A stretch of 64,000 nt of DNA, taken from Candidatus Pacearchaeota archaeon (lineage in GTDB: Archaea; Nanobdellota; Nanobdellia; Pacearchaeales; GW2011-AR1). The notes below the pieces were generated by a model that was not told where the DNA came from, searched no databases, and was given only the letters and a program-made list of their open reading frames with translations. The DNA lies in assembly GCA_026395815.1 (NCBI GenBank), contig JAPLXZ010000016.1:51698-115697 (forward strand). The letters are read 5' to 3'. This document shows, in pieces, positions 1 to 11,637 of this stretch. The position numbers were made by a program, and so were the translations under genes. Within the stretch, counting starts at the first letter, position 1, and each line of letters begins with the position of its first letter.

Positions 1-953
1 GTAGCTCCTAATTCTATTGGAACTGTCTTGCTTAAACCAGCAGGAACAACAACAATAGCTTCATTTGCTTGGTAAACTACTTTGTAAACTCTTAGAGTGT
101 CTGTTGGATTTAACAATAACAAGTCATTTCCAACTTTCATTGCAACTTCAGGGAAGCCGTTTTCAACTGAAATCTGTTTTGATACAGTTTTTTCAGTCTC
201 ATCGTTCTTCACGCTGACTTCAAGAGTGTAAGTTCCCGATTTAACATCGAAAGGAACTTCCAAATAAAGTCTTCCAGTTGCAGTGTTTTCATCATCATCT
301 GTTTCAACTGCTACTAAGTCGCCAAAGTAAGCTGTTTTCTCAATGTTCAATTCCGGCATTTTTACAGTAACGTAAACATCATCTAAGTCATTGTAACCAA
401 CATTCTTCAAAACAATATCTACTGGGAATAACTTTCCAGCTTCAACTGAATTGCTTACAGTTATTGACTTGATGTCTGCGTCGTATGAAGGTCTCTGAAC
501 TCCTAAAGTGATAGCTGGAACTTCAGTCTTGTAGTCTGCATTCCAGATTTTCAAATTCAAAGTTAAATCCTCGCTCAACTCATCTTTAAGTTCGTATGGA
601 ACTTTTAGAGTTAAAGTCTTGGTATAGGTTCTCCATTCTTCAACATCAAATGAAGCAGTAACAGCAGTAACATCGGATTTGTCTCCTTCAATATCTGCTC
701 TTATCTTTACATTAGATGCACTTGTTTCACCGTTTCCAAGGTCAAGGCTACCAACTTCAAATGTAACTTTCACTTCAATTGTTTCGCCAGCAACAACGCT
801 TACGTAATCTCCAGTAGAGCTCACTAATGTTGAGACTTCTACATCATTTACTTTTATCATTGCGTTGTCTGCTATTTCAACAGCGCTTACTGTAGTCGCC
901 AAGAACAAAACACTTGCGATTAACAAAAAAGAAACCAAAACGCTTTTATTCAT
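1..953 (-). CDS. Secreted S-layer-like/Ig-fold surface protein (partial, runs off window start)
   Basis: Not in ORF track. Manual translation from ATG 953 gives MNKSVLVSFLLIASVLFLATTVSA (signal peptide), then beta-rich V/T/E sequence with a CARDB-like segment (VDIVLKNVGYNDLDDVYV), open to position 1. Confidence 0.7.
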   Translation of the reverse strand, partial: MNKSVLVSFLLIASVLFLATTVSAVEIADNAMIKVNDVEVSTLVSSTGDYVSVVAGETIEVKVTFEVGSLDLGNGETSASNVKIRADIEGDKSDVTAVTASFDVEEWRTYTKTLTLKVPYELKDELSEDLTLNLKIWNADYKTEVPAITLGVQRPSYDADIKSITVSNSVEAGKLFPVDIVLKNVGYNDLDDVYVTVKMPELNIEKTAYFGDLVAVETDDDENTATGRLYLEVPFDVKSGTYTLEVSVKNDETEKTVSKQISVENGFPEVAMKVGNDLLLLNPTDTLRVYKVVYQANEAIVVVPAGLSKTVPIELGA

Positions 954-1339
954 TTTATATTCTTTTTTACTCATTTTTTAATTGCAGAAAAGCTTTGTTT
1001 TCTGTATTTTTACAATCTCTGAGCATCTTTATAAACTTTATGGTGACAACAGAAAAACTTCATTTAATAGTACTAAATATAAGTAACAATTAGTGAATTT
1101 CTTATAACTTACCATTATAATTCACTCGCTCATCTCATTTGCCCGATATTTTTATATAATTAGTTAACATGTTTTTCTCTTTTTATTATCTTATATTAAC
1201 TTATTGTCATTGCGTGAAGTGCACAAATTTATTCCCTATATACCTAAATAATAAAGCAGAATCTTTCTATTTATTTTTCTTTGTTCTTTTAATCAAAACT
1301 ATTATAAAGTTTCACATACTTTAAGGTAAAAAGAAGAAA

Positions 1340-2275
1340 ATGTTTAAAGCAAAAAAAATTGGACTGGCTTTAAGTGGGGGCGGAGCCAAAGGAATGGCCC
1401 ATATAGGTGTTTTGAAAGTTCTTGAAAAAAATAAAATACCAATAGATTTCATATCAGGAACAAGTATAGGTGCAGTTATAGCTGCATTATATTCTTATGA
1501 GCCAAACGCAAAGAAGCTTGAAAAAGAAGCAGTGAGCAATGAATGGAAAAACCTTTTGGATTATACTTTTCCAAGCAAGGGTTTTATAAAAGGAGAAAGA
1601 ATTGAACAATTTTTAAAAGAGAGATTAAAAGGAGTGGACTTCAAGCACTTAAAAATTCCTCTTTTCATAACTGCATTTGATATTGACAAGAAACAAGAAA
1701 TCGTTTTTCAAAGAGGAGATGTTGCAAAAGCAGTTAGAGCAAGCATTTCAATTCCCGGGGTATTTGTTCCTATTGAAAATAATAATAGGATTCTTGTTGA
1801 TGGGGGGGTACTTGACCCAATTCCTACAGAAGTATTAAGAAAAAAAGCAGATATTATCATAGCAGTAAATGTAGATTCAATGAAACTTAGAAAACCGAAA
1901 ATGAATGAGGAAGCAACATTAAAAAAAAGCAGCAAAAAAATACCGGGCATATTAAAAACTATTTTTCAATCTCTTACAGTTATTGGTGCAGAAGCAAGCA
2001 GAGTTGATTTGTACAATGATATTCCTGATTTGATAATAAATGTAAATTTAGGAGATATAGATTTATTTGATTTTGAAAAAGCAAAATACGCAATTAAGAA
2101 AGGAGTATCAGCAACTCAAAAATCTTTGAAGGAAATTAAAGCTCTCACAAAAAAGACCCCATTCAAAGATTTTTTAGAGGAAATTGAAAGAGATTTGAAG
2201 ATAAGGTCAGTAACAGAAATCCCGCAATTTGTCAAAGATGTCAGAAAAAAAGTTTCTAAAACTCTGGGAAATTAA
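1340..2275 (+). CDS. Patatin-like phospholipase
   Basis: GGGAKG, GTSIG (GxSxG) and DGG motifs. Confidence 0.92.
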   Translation: MFKAKKIGLALSGGGAKGMAHIGVLKVLEKNKIPIDFISGTSIGAVIAALYSYEPNAKKLEKEAVSNEWKNLLDYTFPSKGFIKGERIEQFLKERLKGVDFKHLKIPLFITAFDIDKKQEIVFQRGDVAKAVRASISIPGVFVPIENNNRILVDGGVLDPIPTEVLRKKADIIIAVNVDSMKLRKPKMNEEATLKKSSKKIPGILKTIFQSLTVIGAEASRVDLYNDIPDLIINVNLGDIDLFDFEKAKYAIKKGVSATQKSLKEIKALTKKTPFKDFLEEIERDLKIRSVTEIPQFVKDVRKKVSKTLGN

Positions 2276-2292
2276 GAAAAAGTTTCTAAGAA

Positions 2293-3003
2293 TTAAATCT
2301 GTGTATTATCAATAAAGCATTTTTGAATAAAATCAAATTTTGCTTTAATCAGTTTACTTTTTTCGACAAATTCCAAAAAATAATCTCTTTCTAAAACAAA
2401 TAATGCATAGGCATCTGCCATTTCTTCTTTTGGAGAATAAAAATCATTGTAATTAAATCCAAGTTTGAATGAATCTTGAGGAATCTTTGCTTCTTCAGAA
2501 CATGTCCATTCTCCCATCTTATAATTAGGATCTTTGTACATAACTGCATAAGTATATTTGTCTCTGTTTGCCCTATTTTCAGGATCTAAGGCTTTCACTT
2601 TTTCAAAATTTTCAGCATTCAATTCCCATAATCCTAATTCCATCCACTGTATTCTTAAAAGATGAGAAACATTTTCTCTCTCACACGGAGTGGTTTTTAA
2701 AATCTGATGCATATCTCCCTCATTTTCATCCCTAAAATCAAAATAATTATGCCCCATTTCATGCAGAAACACAAATTCCCTTTCAGTCTTACTTAACTCA
2801 TAAAAAAAATTAGGTAATCTTATTTCTCCTCCATCACCAAAAGAACTTGAATCAGCTAATGCTCCTCCTAAAGTTTTAATTCTTTCAATTGTCTTTATTG
2901 AATCTAAATGAGAAGATGGTAGTTTTAACAAAAATTCTGTTAATTCATCCTTGTTTGCCTGGGAGAATTTTCTTCCTGATTCTACTAATCTGATTTGCAT
3001 CAA
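2293..3003 (-). CDS. Putative zincin-like metallopeptidase
   Basis: FVFLHEMGH (HExxH) plus distal EEMADAY third-ligand-like motif. Confidence 0.55.
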   Translation of the reverse strand: MMQIRLVESGRKFSQANKDELTEFLLKLPSSHLDSIKTIERIKTLGGALADSSSFGDGGEIRLPNFFYELSKTEREFVFLHEMGHNYFDFRDENEGDMHQILKTTPCERENVSHLLRIQWMELGLWELNAENFEKVKALDPENRANRDKYTYAVMYKDPNYKMGEWTCSEEAKIPQDSFKLGFNYNDFYSPKEEMADAYALFVLERDYFLEFVEKSKLIKAKFDFIQKCFIDNTQI

Positions 3004-3032
3004 AAACAGGATAATTATCTGCTTATAAATTT

Positions 3033-3260
3033 TTAGATAAAAAGAAATTGTCCAGTTCTCTTGAATTCTCTGTCAAATTGCATTTGTTTTTCAATAAAGC
3101 TTTTTGGTCCAATATAACGATGCCCATTATAGTCAACATATGACCAAGGATCATTTTCCTGCATTTCCACTTGTTTATTAACCCAACTTCTTGGGCCAGT
3201 AATCATGATTCCATTATAAAATTCAGTTACATTAGGGTCTAATAATCTATCTATTTCCAT
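3033..3260 (-). CDS. Small hypothetical protein with internal duplication
   Basis: YNGIMITGPRSWVNKQ / YNGHRYIGPKSFIEKQ repeat. Confidence 0.6.
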   Translation of the reverse strand: MEIDRLLDPNVTEFYNGIMITGPRSWVNKQVEMQENDPWSYVDYNGHRYIGPKSFIEKQMQFDREFKRTGQFLFI

Positions 3261-3299
3261 AATAAATATAATCCGTTAATGTATTTATGTTTTCTTATT

Positions 3300-4439
3300 T
3301 TACAAACTCAATAATTTTATATTTGTGTCAGTTGTTGTAAAGTTTTTGGCTGCAATTGCCCTGCAACCTGCATCTACAGCAGAGTTTATTAAAGAATTTG
3401 TTGCAATACCATCTACTATTATAATACTTATATTTTTTTCATGATTCAATATGCTATTAACGGTTTTTATTGACACTTTCTTTATTTCATTTAGTGAACT
3501 GTCAAGCAGTACTACTTTTCCGCTTCCTTCATTCTTTTTGGAAATCTCCTTAAGTTTATTCATTTCTTCATTGCTTATTTCCATCTTTTTTGTTTCTTCT
3601 TTTTCAGAGTTATTTTTTGATCGGGGAAATGACAGGAAATCCCCAACCAAAATCTTTTTTCTTAAAGCCATTAAAATTTCCTTTCCTGTCAATTCTTCTA
3701 CTTCTTTTCCATCAGGCGCAATTACAACATACTTAATATTTGCATTGTCAGAAACATTCTGAACAATTAATTTTCCTCCTCTGTCTCCATCAACAAAAAG
3801 AATTATTTCTTTTTCCTTGCCCAATTCTTTTATCTCATCAGGCAATTTTGTACCATTCATTCCAATTACATTGTTTACTCCATTTCTAATCAAATTCAAT
3901 ACATCTGCTCTTCCTTCAACAACAATCAGCTCGTTTCCAGAAATATCCCCGCATGGAAGTTTGCCCTCTCCATGCTCTCTTATACTTGCAATTCTTGCAG
4001 AATCCTTAATTTCTGTTGAGATTTCCCTTGAATCTGTTTTACCATGAATCTCTTGCATCAGTTTTTTAGCCCTTTCAACTATGTAATCCCTCTTGCTTCC
4101 TCTTACGTCTTCAATCCTTTCTACTTCTATCTGAGAATCACAAGGCCCAATTCTTTCTATTGTTTCAATTGCAGCAGCAATCAAAGTTGTTTCACTTTGG
4201 TCAAGAGCAGTAGGAATGTTTATTGCTCCAGTGGTTTTTTTGCCATCTCTTCTCAAATCGACTTCTATTCTTCCGATTTTTCCTTCTTTTTGCAATTCCC
4301 TCATTTCAAGTTCGCTTCCAAGCAAACCTTCTGTTTGCCCGAATATGGCTCCGATTACATCAGGCTTTTCTAAAGCGCCTTCTGCTGAAAAATTCGCATG
4401 TATCATATATTTAATTGATACTGGACTTATTTTTGCCAT
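3300..4439 (-). CDS. dnaG: Archaeal DnaG-type primase (exosome-associated)
   Basis: KPDVIGAIFGQTEGLLG N-terminus; TOPRIM motifs VVEGRADV and DGDRGG. Confidence 0.95.
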   Translation of the reverse strand: MAKISPVSIKYMIHANFSAEGALEKPDVIGAIFGQTEGLLGSELEMRELQKEGKIGRIEVDLRRDGKKTTGAINIPTALDQSETTLIAAAIETIERIGPCDSQIEVERIEDVRGSKRDYIVERAKKLMQEIHGKTDSREISTEIKDSARIASIREHGEGKLPCGDISGNELIVVEGRADVLNLIRNGVNNVIGMNGTKLPDEIKELGKEKEIILFVDGDRGGKLIVQNVSDNANIKYVVIAPDGKEVEELTGKEILMALRKKILVGDFLSFPRSKNNSEKEETKKMEISNEEMNKLKEISKKNEGSGKVVLLDSSLNEIKKVSIKTVNSILNHEKNISIIIVDGIATNSLINSAVDAGCRAIAAKNFTTTDTNIKLLSL

Positions 4440-4614
4440 TTTTTCCTTATTTTTGCATTTAATTTTATTTGAAATCTATGATTTCTTTAGAAATATCTAC
4501 TAACCAACTAACAATTTCGCTCTTATTATCTCCTTCAAAAATGAAGTTAAATAGGATATGACTGTGAATGTGAATATAATCTATGATCTAATAGATATTT
4601 CCTAAACACAGAAA

Positions 4615-4998
4615 TTGAGGATAGTTTTTAAACCTTTGGAAGAAAGAAGAAAAAACTTTAAAGAAGATGCTTTTAGATTAAAAATGGATGAAGAATATAT
4701 CTTAAAAAAAATAGCTGAAATTGATAAAGCCATGAAAGTTGTCAAGAAGAACAAAGCAAACTTGTTAGAATCTCTTGCTTTATTGGACAATGAAAAAATA
4801 AATAGACTGGTTGATGAAACAATCCCAACACTATTCAGTCTGCAAAACAAGTTCTTTGATCTAAAAAAAACCCTTGGCATGGTAGCAGCTTCAAGATATG
4901 ATTTAATAATCGACAAAATCCAAAAAGAAATCGCTGAGCATATAAAAGAATACAATTATTATAGGTCTTTAGGGTTTACTAATAGTCTAGCAGAATAA
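4615..4998 (+). CDS. Hypothetical helical protein
   Basis: ORF with typical K/E-rich composition; start uncertain (TTG). Confidence 0.5.
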   Translation: MRIVFKPLEERRKNFKEDAFRLKMDEEYILKKIAEIDKAMKVVKKNKANLLESLALLDNEKINRLVDETIPTLFSLQNKFFDLKKTLGMVAASRYDLIIDKIQKEIAEHIKEYNYYRSLGFTNSLAE

Positions 4999-5011
4999 AT
5001 ATATCCTTTGA

Positions 5012-5233
5012 TTATCTTTTTTTGCCTAAGATAATTCCAAGAATAATAACTCCAAGGCTAAATACTATTCCTGTAAGAAGGAGATAAAATTTCCATTCTG
5101 TTGGATTCTTGTTTTGTTCAGTAAGACAACCTAATAATGATAAAAAAACAGCCAATAAAAACATTCCAACAATAGCGAGAGTCCATTTACTTTTCTTTTT
5201 CAACTCTTTCTTTCCCTTCAACCTTTTCTTCAT
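5012..5233 (-). CDS. Small membrane protein (2 TM)
   Basis: Basic N-terminus and two hydrophobic helices. Confidence 0.6.
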   Translation of the reverse strand: MKKRLKGKKELKKKSKWTLAIVGMFLLAVFLSLLGCLTEQNKNPTEWKFYLLLTGIVFSLGVIILGIILGKKR

Positions 5234-5287
5234 GAATAATATAGGGAAAATGGATTTTTAATAGTTTTGGATGTGAATTTATTACAT

Positions 5288-5431
5288 TTACGCTAATTTT
5301 CTTTTGAGAATATCCAAAATTATTTCTAAATTCTCAAAATCAGACACATTGTTTATTGGAACCTCAAACTTTGTATTCTCACCGTTAATTGAAACAACAT
5401 ATCTGTTGTTTCCCTCTTTCTTTGTCTCCAT
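5288..5431 (-). CDS. 47-aa hypothetical protein
   Basis: Manual translation METKKEGNNRYVVSINGENTKFEVPINNVSDFENLEIILDILKRKLA; TATA-like element upstream. Confidence 0.45.
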   Translation of the reverse strand: METKKEGNNRYVVSINGENTKFEVPINNVSDFENLEIILDILKRKLA

Positions 5432-5579
5432 AAAATTGTTATATTTTTATGGTTTAAAAAGATTAATGTAAAAAAATATAATCTTTAGGTTTTTTGATTA
5501 TGGGTAGTTATTTAGAGCAAATAATCACTTAGTTGTTTGATTACCATAATTGTTAAAAACTACTAATCTAAGTAAAACT

Positions 5580-6020
5580 ATGAGTACAAGAAGCGATATT
5601 GCTGTAGAGAAGTTTCTCGCAGATTACAACTGTGCCCAAGCAGTTATCTATTCGTTTTGTGATGATCTTGGTTTCGACAAGAATACTAGTTTGAAATTGA
5701 CTTGTGGGTTTGGGGCTGGGATGGCACGAAAGCAAGAGGTTTGTGGAGCAATCACTGGTGGCATAATAGTTATTGGACTTAAGTATGGGCGTGGCGAGGG
5801 GCAAGATAGGACACTCACAGATAAAACATATCAAAAAGTGCGAGAACTCATGTCGCAATTTGAGTCAAGGTATGGCACGTGCATCTGCCGTACACTGCTG
5901 AACGGCTGTAACTTAAACACACCAAGTGGACAACAACATTTCAAGGAGAACGATCTCCTGAACAAGACCTGCAAAGGTTGTGTAAAAACGGCCGTAGAAA
6001 CACTGGAGAAAATTCTTTAA
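5580..6020 (+). CDS. C_GCAxxG_C_C family putative redox protein
   Basis: YNCAQAV, GFGAGM, VCGAITGG and later Cys residues; ATG 5580 preferred over TTG 5550. Confidence 0.9.
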   Translation: MSTRSDIAVEKFLADYNCAQAVIYSFCDDLGFDKNTSLKLTCGFGAGMARKQEVCGAITGGIIVIGLKYGRGEGQDRTLTDKTYQKVRELMSQFESRYGTCICRTLLNGCNLNTPSGQQHFKENDLLNKTCKGCVKTAVETLEKIL

Positions 6021-6058
6021 AGAAACCTCGTTGTTCCATCGATTAAATAATTTTTGGT

Positions 6059-6290
6059 TTATTTCAAAACTTTCATTACTAAACCGCTATCTTCTAATTT
6101 ACTGCCCAATTCAGTAACATTTACTTCAGTATCAGTTATAAGAACAAGACTGTTTTTTTTTCATAATACCTGTGCCTAAATCCAAAGTTCCCTAATTCCT
6201 TTTTTATAATTTCCAATGTATAGAGATATCTGTCCATTCCTCTATAAATCTTCCAAGAACTCTAAGTCTTTCTTCCGAATATTTCTATGT
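6059..6290 (-). pseudogene. Possible degraded small ORF downstream of tuf
   Basis: Protein-like reading (KYSEEDLEFLEDL*RNGQISLYIG...NSLVLITDTEVNVTELGSKLEDSGLVMKVLK*) with internal TAG at 6242-6244 and a frame change at an A9 run (6153-6161). Confidence 0.3.
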
Positions 6291-6305
6291 TCGCAGAAAA
6301 CAATT

Positions 6306-7592
<1,287 letters not shown>

Positions 7593-7791
7593 TTTTTTCC
7601 TTGTTTTTAAAATGGATTTGCAAAACGCTTTTGGCGTTTCAGCTTTGCCATGTTAGTATATTAAAATTCTTGTAAGAATTTTGATATGTTAGTAAAAAAA
7701 ATTCGGTTTATAAACTTTACTATTTTTCCGTAAAGTTTATAGCTAAAAATTTCCTGTTTTTTGTCTAAAAATGTTTTGGTTTTATATTTCA

Positions 7792-8085
7792 CTAACCATA
7801 TTGACCGCTAGGCATTGGTCCTCTAATCCTGCAATAGTTTGCTAAACGGCAAGTCAAACCTTGGTACTTAATCTTCATCCCTATTAACAGTGCATTAGCT
7901 TCCAAGTTTTTGTCTTGATGATTCATCTGAATTTTTGATTTCTTAGGAAAAAGGATTGTAGGAGGTACTCGTAACATTTCTAAGGAATCCCAAAAAATTT
8001 CTTTCCCAGTATCTAATCTTCTGTATCTTCTGCTTCCTTCTTTATCTTCTCTAGTATATATCAAAATTAAATCTACTAATGTCAT
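7792..8085 (-). CDS. Hypothetical protein
   Basis: Starts 1 nt after the upstream ORF stop; lies between fusA and tuf. Confidence 0.5.
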   Translation of the reverse strand: MTLVDLILIYTREDKEGSRRYRRLDTGKEIFWDSLEMLRVPPTILFPKKSKIQMNHQDKNLEANALLIGMKIKYQGLTCRLANYCRIRGPMPSGQYG

Positions 8086-8086
8086 T

Positions 8087-8461
8087 TTATTTTTTGTTTT
8101 TGTGTTCAGTTTTATTTATCTGGAGCAACCTTTCCTTAGATTGTTCTCTGTATAATTTTATATCTTTCATTAATTCATCTATTTGACTTGAATCTCGACA
8201 TTCCGTTATTTCATTTACCATCATTAAAATATTTTCATAGACCTGAATCATTTGATTGTAGTATTTAGGATTTACACGGTAGATATTTGGGGATAATCTT
8301 ATTATGGCATGATTAATTCTGAAAGAAAAAGGGATATTTTCTGTTTCTCTTTGTTTGAATAATCCATCTGCTATTTTCAAAACTTCTTCTTTTAAATTCA
8401 CTCCACCATGTCCTTCAACTTTGTCTGGAATATCCAACACTCTTAAAAGTCCACTTCCCAT
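8087..8461 (-). CDS. Hypothetical protein
   Basis: 124-aa ORF co-oriented with the operon. Confidence 0.55.
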   Translation of the reverse strand: MGSGLLRVLDIPDKVEGHGGVNLKEEVLKIADGLFKQRETENIPFSFRINHAIIRLSPNIYRVNPKYYNQMIQVYENILMMVNEITECRDSSQIDELMKDIKLYREQSKERLLQINKTEHKNKK

Positions 8462-8511
8462 CGATATTTGATTAAACTGCCCTTTTTAAGAATTATTGTA
8501 ATAAGAAATAT

Positions 8512-9138
8512 CTACTGATTCTCCTGAAAACTAAATGTCGGAGAGGGAATAGGAGAAGGAGTTAATAAATTAATTTTTTCTTTTAGAGATTCATATGCTC
8601 TTTTCCACAATGGAACTTTTTCTAATAATTTAGGATTAGTTTCTTTTAGGTACATAGAAGAAGCAAGAGACAAATGTCCAAGCCCGTCAAGCAGAGTATA
8701 ATAACTTTCAGGACCAATTGGAGTTTTATTTTTTATACTATTTACTAAATCAACTCCGAACTTCCCGATTAATCCAACGCCAAATAAAAATGTAGGCAAT
8801 CTTACACATGAGTTGTATTTTGAACGGAAATTTTTCTCTTTGTCGATAACTCTTGATTCAGAATCTTCTTCTTTGAACCTATTAAGGATTCCACCAAAAT
8901 TATATGCTCCGTCATTATAACCAGCTACAAGATAAGAAGATAAATAAAATTCTGTTCCAAATAATAATTTATTAAAGGGGGTAGTTAACCCAACATAGGC
9001 TGTCCATAATCCAAATCCAGCCCAATATTTCCTTTTTCCTTCATCTATCTTGATCTTTTGGCCAAGTTTAGTATACTGCCTAAGAATTATTGATTCATCG
9101 AGATATCTTATTGGTTTAAGTAATGATTCAAGTTTCAT
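8512..9138 (-). CDS. Hypothetical membrane-associated protein
   Basis: 208 aa with hydrophobic segments and a Pro-rich tail. Confidence 0.6.
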   Translation of the reverse strand: MKLESLLKPIRYLDESIILRQYTKLGQKIKIDEGKRKYWAGFGLWTAYVGLTTPFNKLLFGTEFYLSSYLVAGYNDGAYNFGGILNRFKEEDSESRVIDKEKNFRSKYNSCVRLPTFLFGVGLIGKFGVDLVNSIKNKTPIGPESYYTLLDGLGHLSLASSMYLKETNPKLLEKVPLWKRAYESLKEKINLLTPSPIPSPTFSFQENQ

Positions 9139-9169
9139 TCAGTTTATTATAAAAGAATTTTTTAAATAC

Positions 9170-11359
9170 TTACTGATTTTCTGCAAGTCCCTTTCTGTCT
9201 CTTATCTTCTTAATGATATCCGCTTGCAAACCTTGCGGAACTCTTTCAAACAACTGATCTGATAAAGAACTTACTCCTCTTCCCTCTGTAGCAGAACGCA
9301 AGTCGTTGCTCCATCCAATCATCTCTGCAACAGGAAGTTTGGCATGGACTTGTGTTTCCATTTCTTCTTGCTTAACTTCAAGTAACTGCCCTCTCTTTCC
9401 GCCTACAAGCCTTGTTATTTCACTCAAAAATCTGTCAGGAACTTCTATCAAATGTATTTGTATTGGTTCAAGAAGGCAGGCATCAGCTTTTCTCATTGCT
9501 TCTGTCATGGATTCTCTAACAGCAGGATAAACTTGCGCAGGACCACGATGAATTGCATCTTCATGAAGCTTTATATCAACAAGAGAAACTTTCATTTTTG
9601 TGCACGGTTCTCTTGCTAATGGGCCACGATCAATCACCATTTCAAATGCATCTAAAACCATGTCAATTACTTCTCCTATATGCACTTCTCCTTTTGTCCT
9701 GTCCATGAAGATATTTCCTTTGTAAACATCTCTGACACTTTTTATTGTATCATTATCCCATCCAAATTGTGAAAGTTTGTTTACAAGCTCTTGACTTTTT
9801 TTCTTAACTCTTCCTCCAGGAACTTCTCCTGCTTTTATTCCTTCGTAAACATTATCTTCTAATGGCTCAACAGAAATAAAGAAACTATTGTGCTTATTTG
9901 GACTTCTTCCTTCCATCTCAGGAGACTCTTTGAACACTGTTTCTCTGTAAACGACAATTGGCGGAGATGTTTTAACATCCAAATTTTTCTCTGTTCTTAT
10001 TCTGTTTTCTATAATTTCCAAATGCAGTTCTCCCATTCCGCTTATTAGAGATTCTCCTGTCTGCTCGTTAATTTCAATCTTTATCGAAGGATCTTCTTTT
10101 GCAACTTGTTTTAATATCTCAACGAGCTTTGGCAAATCTGCCATTTTCTTTACTTCAATAGATTTAGTAACAACTGGCTCAAACATCTGCTTAAGTTCTT
10201 CAAACGGAGTTTCTTTTTGAACTGTTACTGTTTCTCCTGCTTCTCCTGTAACTCCTGAAATCGCAAGAACATTTCCTGCTCCTATCTCTTCAATCTGTTC
10301 TGGTTTTATTCCATTGTAAATAAATATCTGCTGGACTTTTTGGGATTTATTTGCAAGATTAAGGTGAACTTCCATGCCATTTTTTATTGTGCCAGAAAAA
10401 AGTCTTCCTGCTGAAATTTCTTTTCCTGATCTTTGATCAATGACGATTCTAGTTATTACAAAAGCGACTTTTCCTTTAGGATCGCACTGCATTAAATTTT
10501 TTCCCATTTCACTTTCCAAATCTCCATGCCATATTTTTGGAATTCTATATTTTTGAGCTTCAAGTGGATTAGGAAGATGCTTTACTACCATATCTAAAAG
10601 AACTTCGTAAAGGGGTGCATTTTTCCATACCCACTCTTTTTTCTTTTCTTCACTCATTTCGTAAAGGCTAAAAATATCCTTGAAAGTTATCCCTTTTTTC
10701 TTCATGAAAGGAATTGACAATGCCCAATTTTCTCTCGCACTTCCGAATGCAACACTCCCATCATTTATGTTTACCAACCATTTTTCCTTAAATTCTGGTT
10801 CAGCTATCTTTGCAATTAAATCATTGAACTCTTTGATAATCCTAATGAATCTTTCCTGCATTTTTTCAGGAGTTAATTTTATCTCTTTTATCATTCTGTC
10901 AACTTTATTGATAAATAAAACAGGTCTTACTCTTTCTCTTAATGCCTGCTTGATTACTGTTTCTGTTTGAGGCATTATTCCCTCGACTGCGCAAACCAAA
11001 ACAACAGTGCCATCAATTGCTCTCATTGCTCTTGTAACATTTCCTGAGAAGTCAACGTGTCCTGGAGTGTCAATCAGATTAATTAAAAATTCTTCTCCAT
11101 GGAAATCATGAACCATTGAAACATTTGCAGCATCAACAGTCAATAATCTCTCTTGTTCATCAGCATGCTGCCATGTAGCCATCCCCGCTTCCAAATCTCC
11201 TGCATTTTTTGATGCCATGTATCCAGAAGCAGCCAAAAGATTGTCTGTCAATGCTGTCTTACCATGATGAATATGCGCGCTTGTTGCTATGTTTCTTATG
11301 TTTTTCTGGTTTCTGTTAAGTCTTTCTATTTTCTTAAACTGTGATTCTTTTTCTGCCAT
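9170..11359 (-). CDS. fusA: Translation elongation factor EF-2
   Basis: IDTPGHVDF, NKVD, GMGELHLE and diphthamide loop DAIHRG; G1 and switch I are atypical (see findings). Confidence 0.97.
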   Translation of the reverse strand: MAEKESQFKKIERLNRNQKNIRNIATSAHIHHGKTALTDNLLAASGYMASKNAGDLEAGMATWQHADEQERLLTVDAANVSMVHDFHGEEFLINLIDTPGHVDFSGNVTRAMRAIDGTVVLVCAVEGIMPQTETVIKQALRERVRPVLFINKVDRMIKEIKLTPEKMQERFIRIIKEFNDLIAKIAEPEFKEKWLVNINDGSVAFGSARENWALSIPFMKKKGITFKDIFSLYEMSEEKKKEWVWKNAPLYEVLLDMVVKHLPNPLEAQKYRIPKIWHGDLESEMGKNLMQCDPKGKVAFVITRIVIDQRSGKEISAGRLFSGTIKNGMEVHLNLANKSQKVQQIFIYNGIKPEQIEEIGAGNVLAISGVTGEAGETVTVQKETPFEELKQMFEPVVTKSIEVKKMADLPKLVEILKQVAKEDPSIKIEINEQTGESLISGMGELHLEIIENRIRTEKNLDVKTSPPIVVYRETVFKESPEMEGRSPNKHNSFFISVEPLEDNVYEGIKAGEVPGGRVKKKSQELVNKLSQFGWDNDTIKSVRDVYKGNIFMDRTKGEVHIGEVIDMVLDAFEMVIDRGPLAREPCTKMKVSLVDIKLHEDAIHRGPAQVYPAVRESMTEAMRKADACLLEPIQIHLIEVPDRFLSEITRLVGGKRGQLLEVKQEEMETQVHAKLPVAEMIGWSNDLRSATEGRGVSSLSDQLFERVPQGLQADIIKKIRDRKGLAENQ

Positions 11360-11449
11360 TTTGTTTTGTTGTCTGTTATCTTAATTATAACTAATTAGAA
11401 TAACTAATTCAAATAAATTTCATTTAAAAAGTTATTGATAAGAAAAGAG

Positions 11450-11635
11450 CTAATCCATGTCGTCCCTATCATGTATTCTGTATCTATCAAAGTACTTTAT
11501 AAGAGAAACATTCTCTAAAATTTCCTGAAGTTCTTCACGAGTTTCAAGTGGAAGTTCTCTTAATTGGAGATAAATATCTTTTGAAGATAAATCTGAAAAA
11601 TCATTCCTTTTTGTAAGAATATCTAATCTTGACAT
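11450..11635 (-). CDS. Small hypothetical protein
   Basis: Starts 2 nt after the rps7 stop. Confidence 0.5.
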   Translation of the reverse strand: MSRLDILTKRNDFSDLSSKDIYLQLRELPLETREELQEILENVSLIKYFDRYRIHDRDDMD

Positions 11636-11637
11636 TT

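Noticed and set aside
7618..7650. Hairpin AAACGC-TTTTG-GCGTTT upstream of tuf
   Set aside because: A single short hairpin, not enough to call a regulatory RNA
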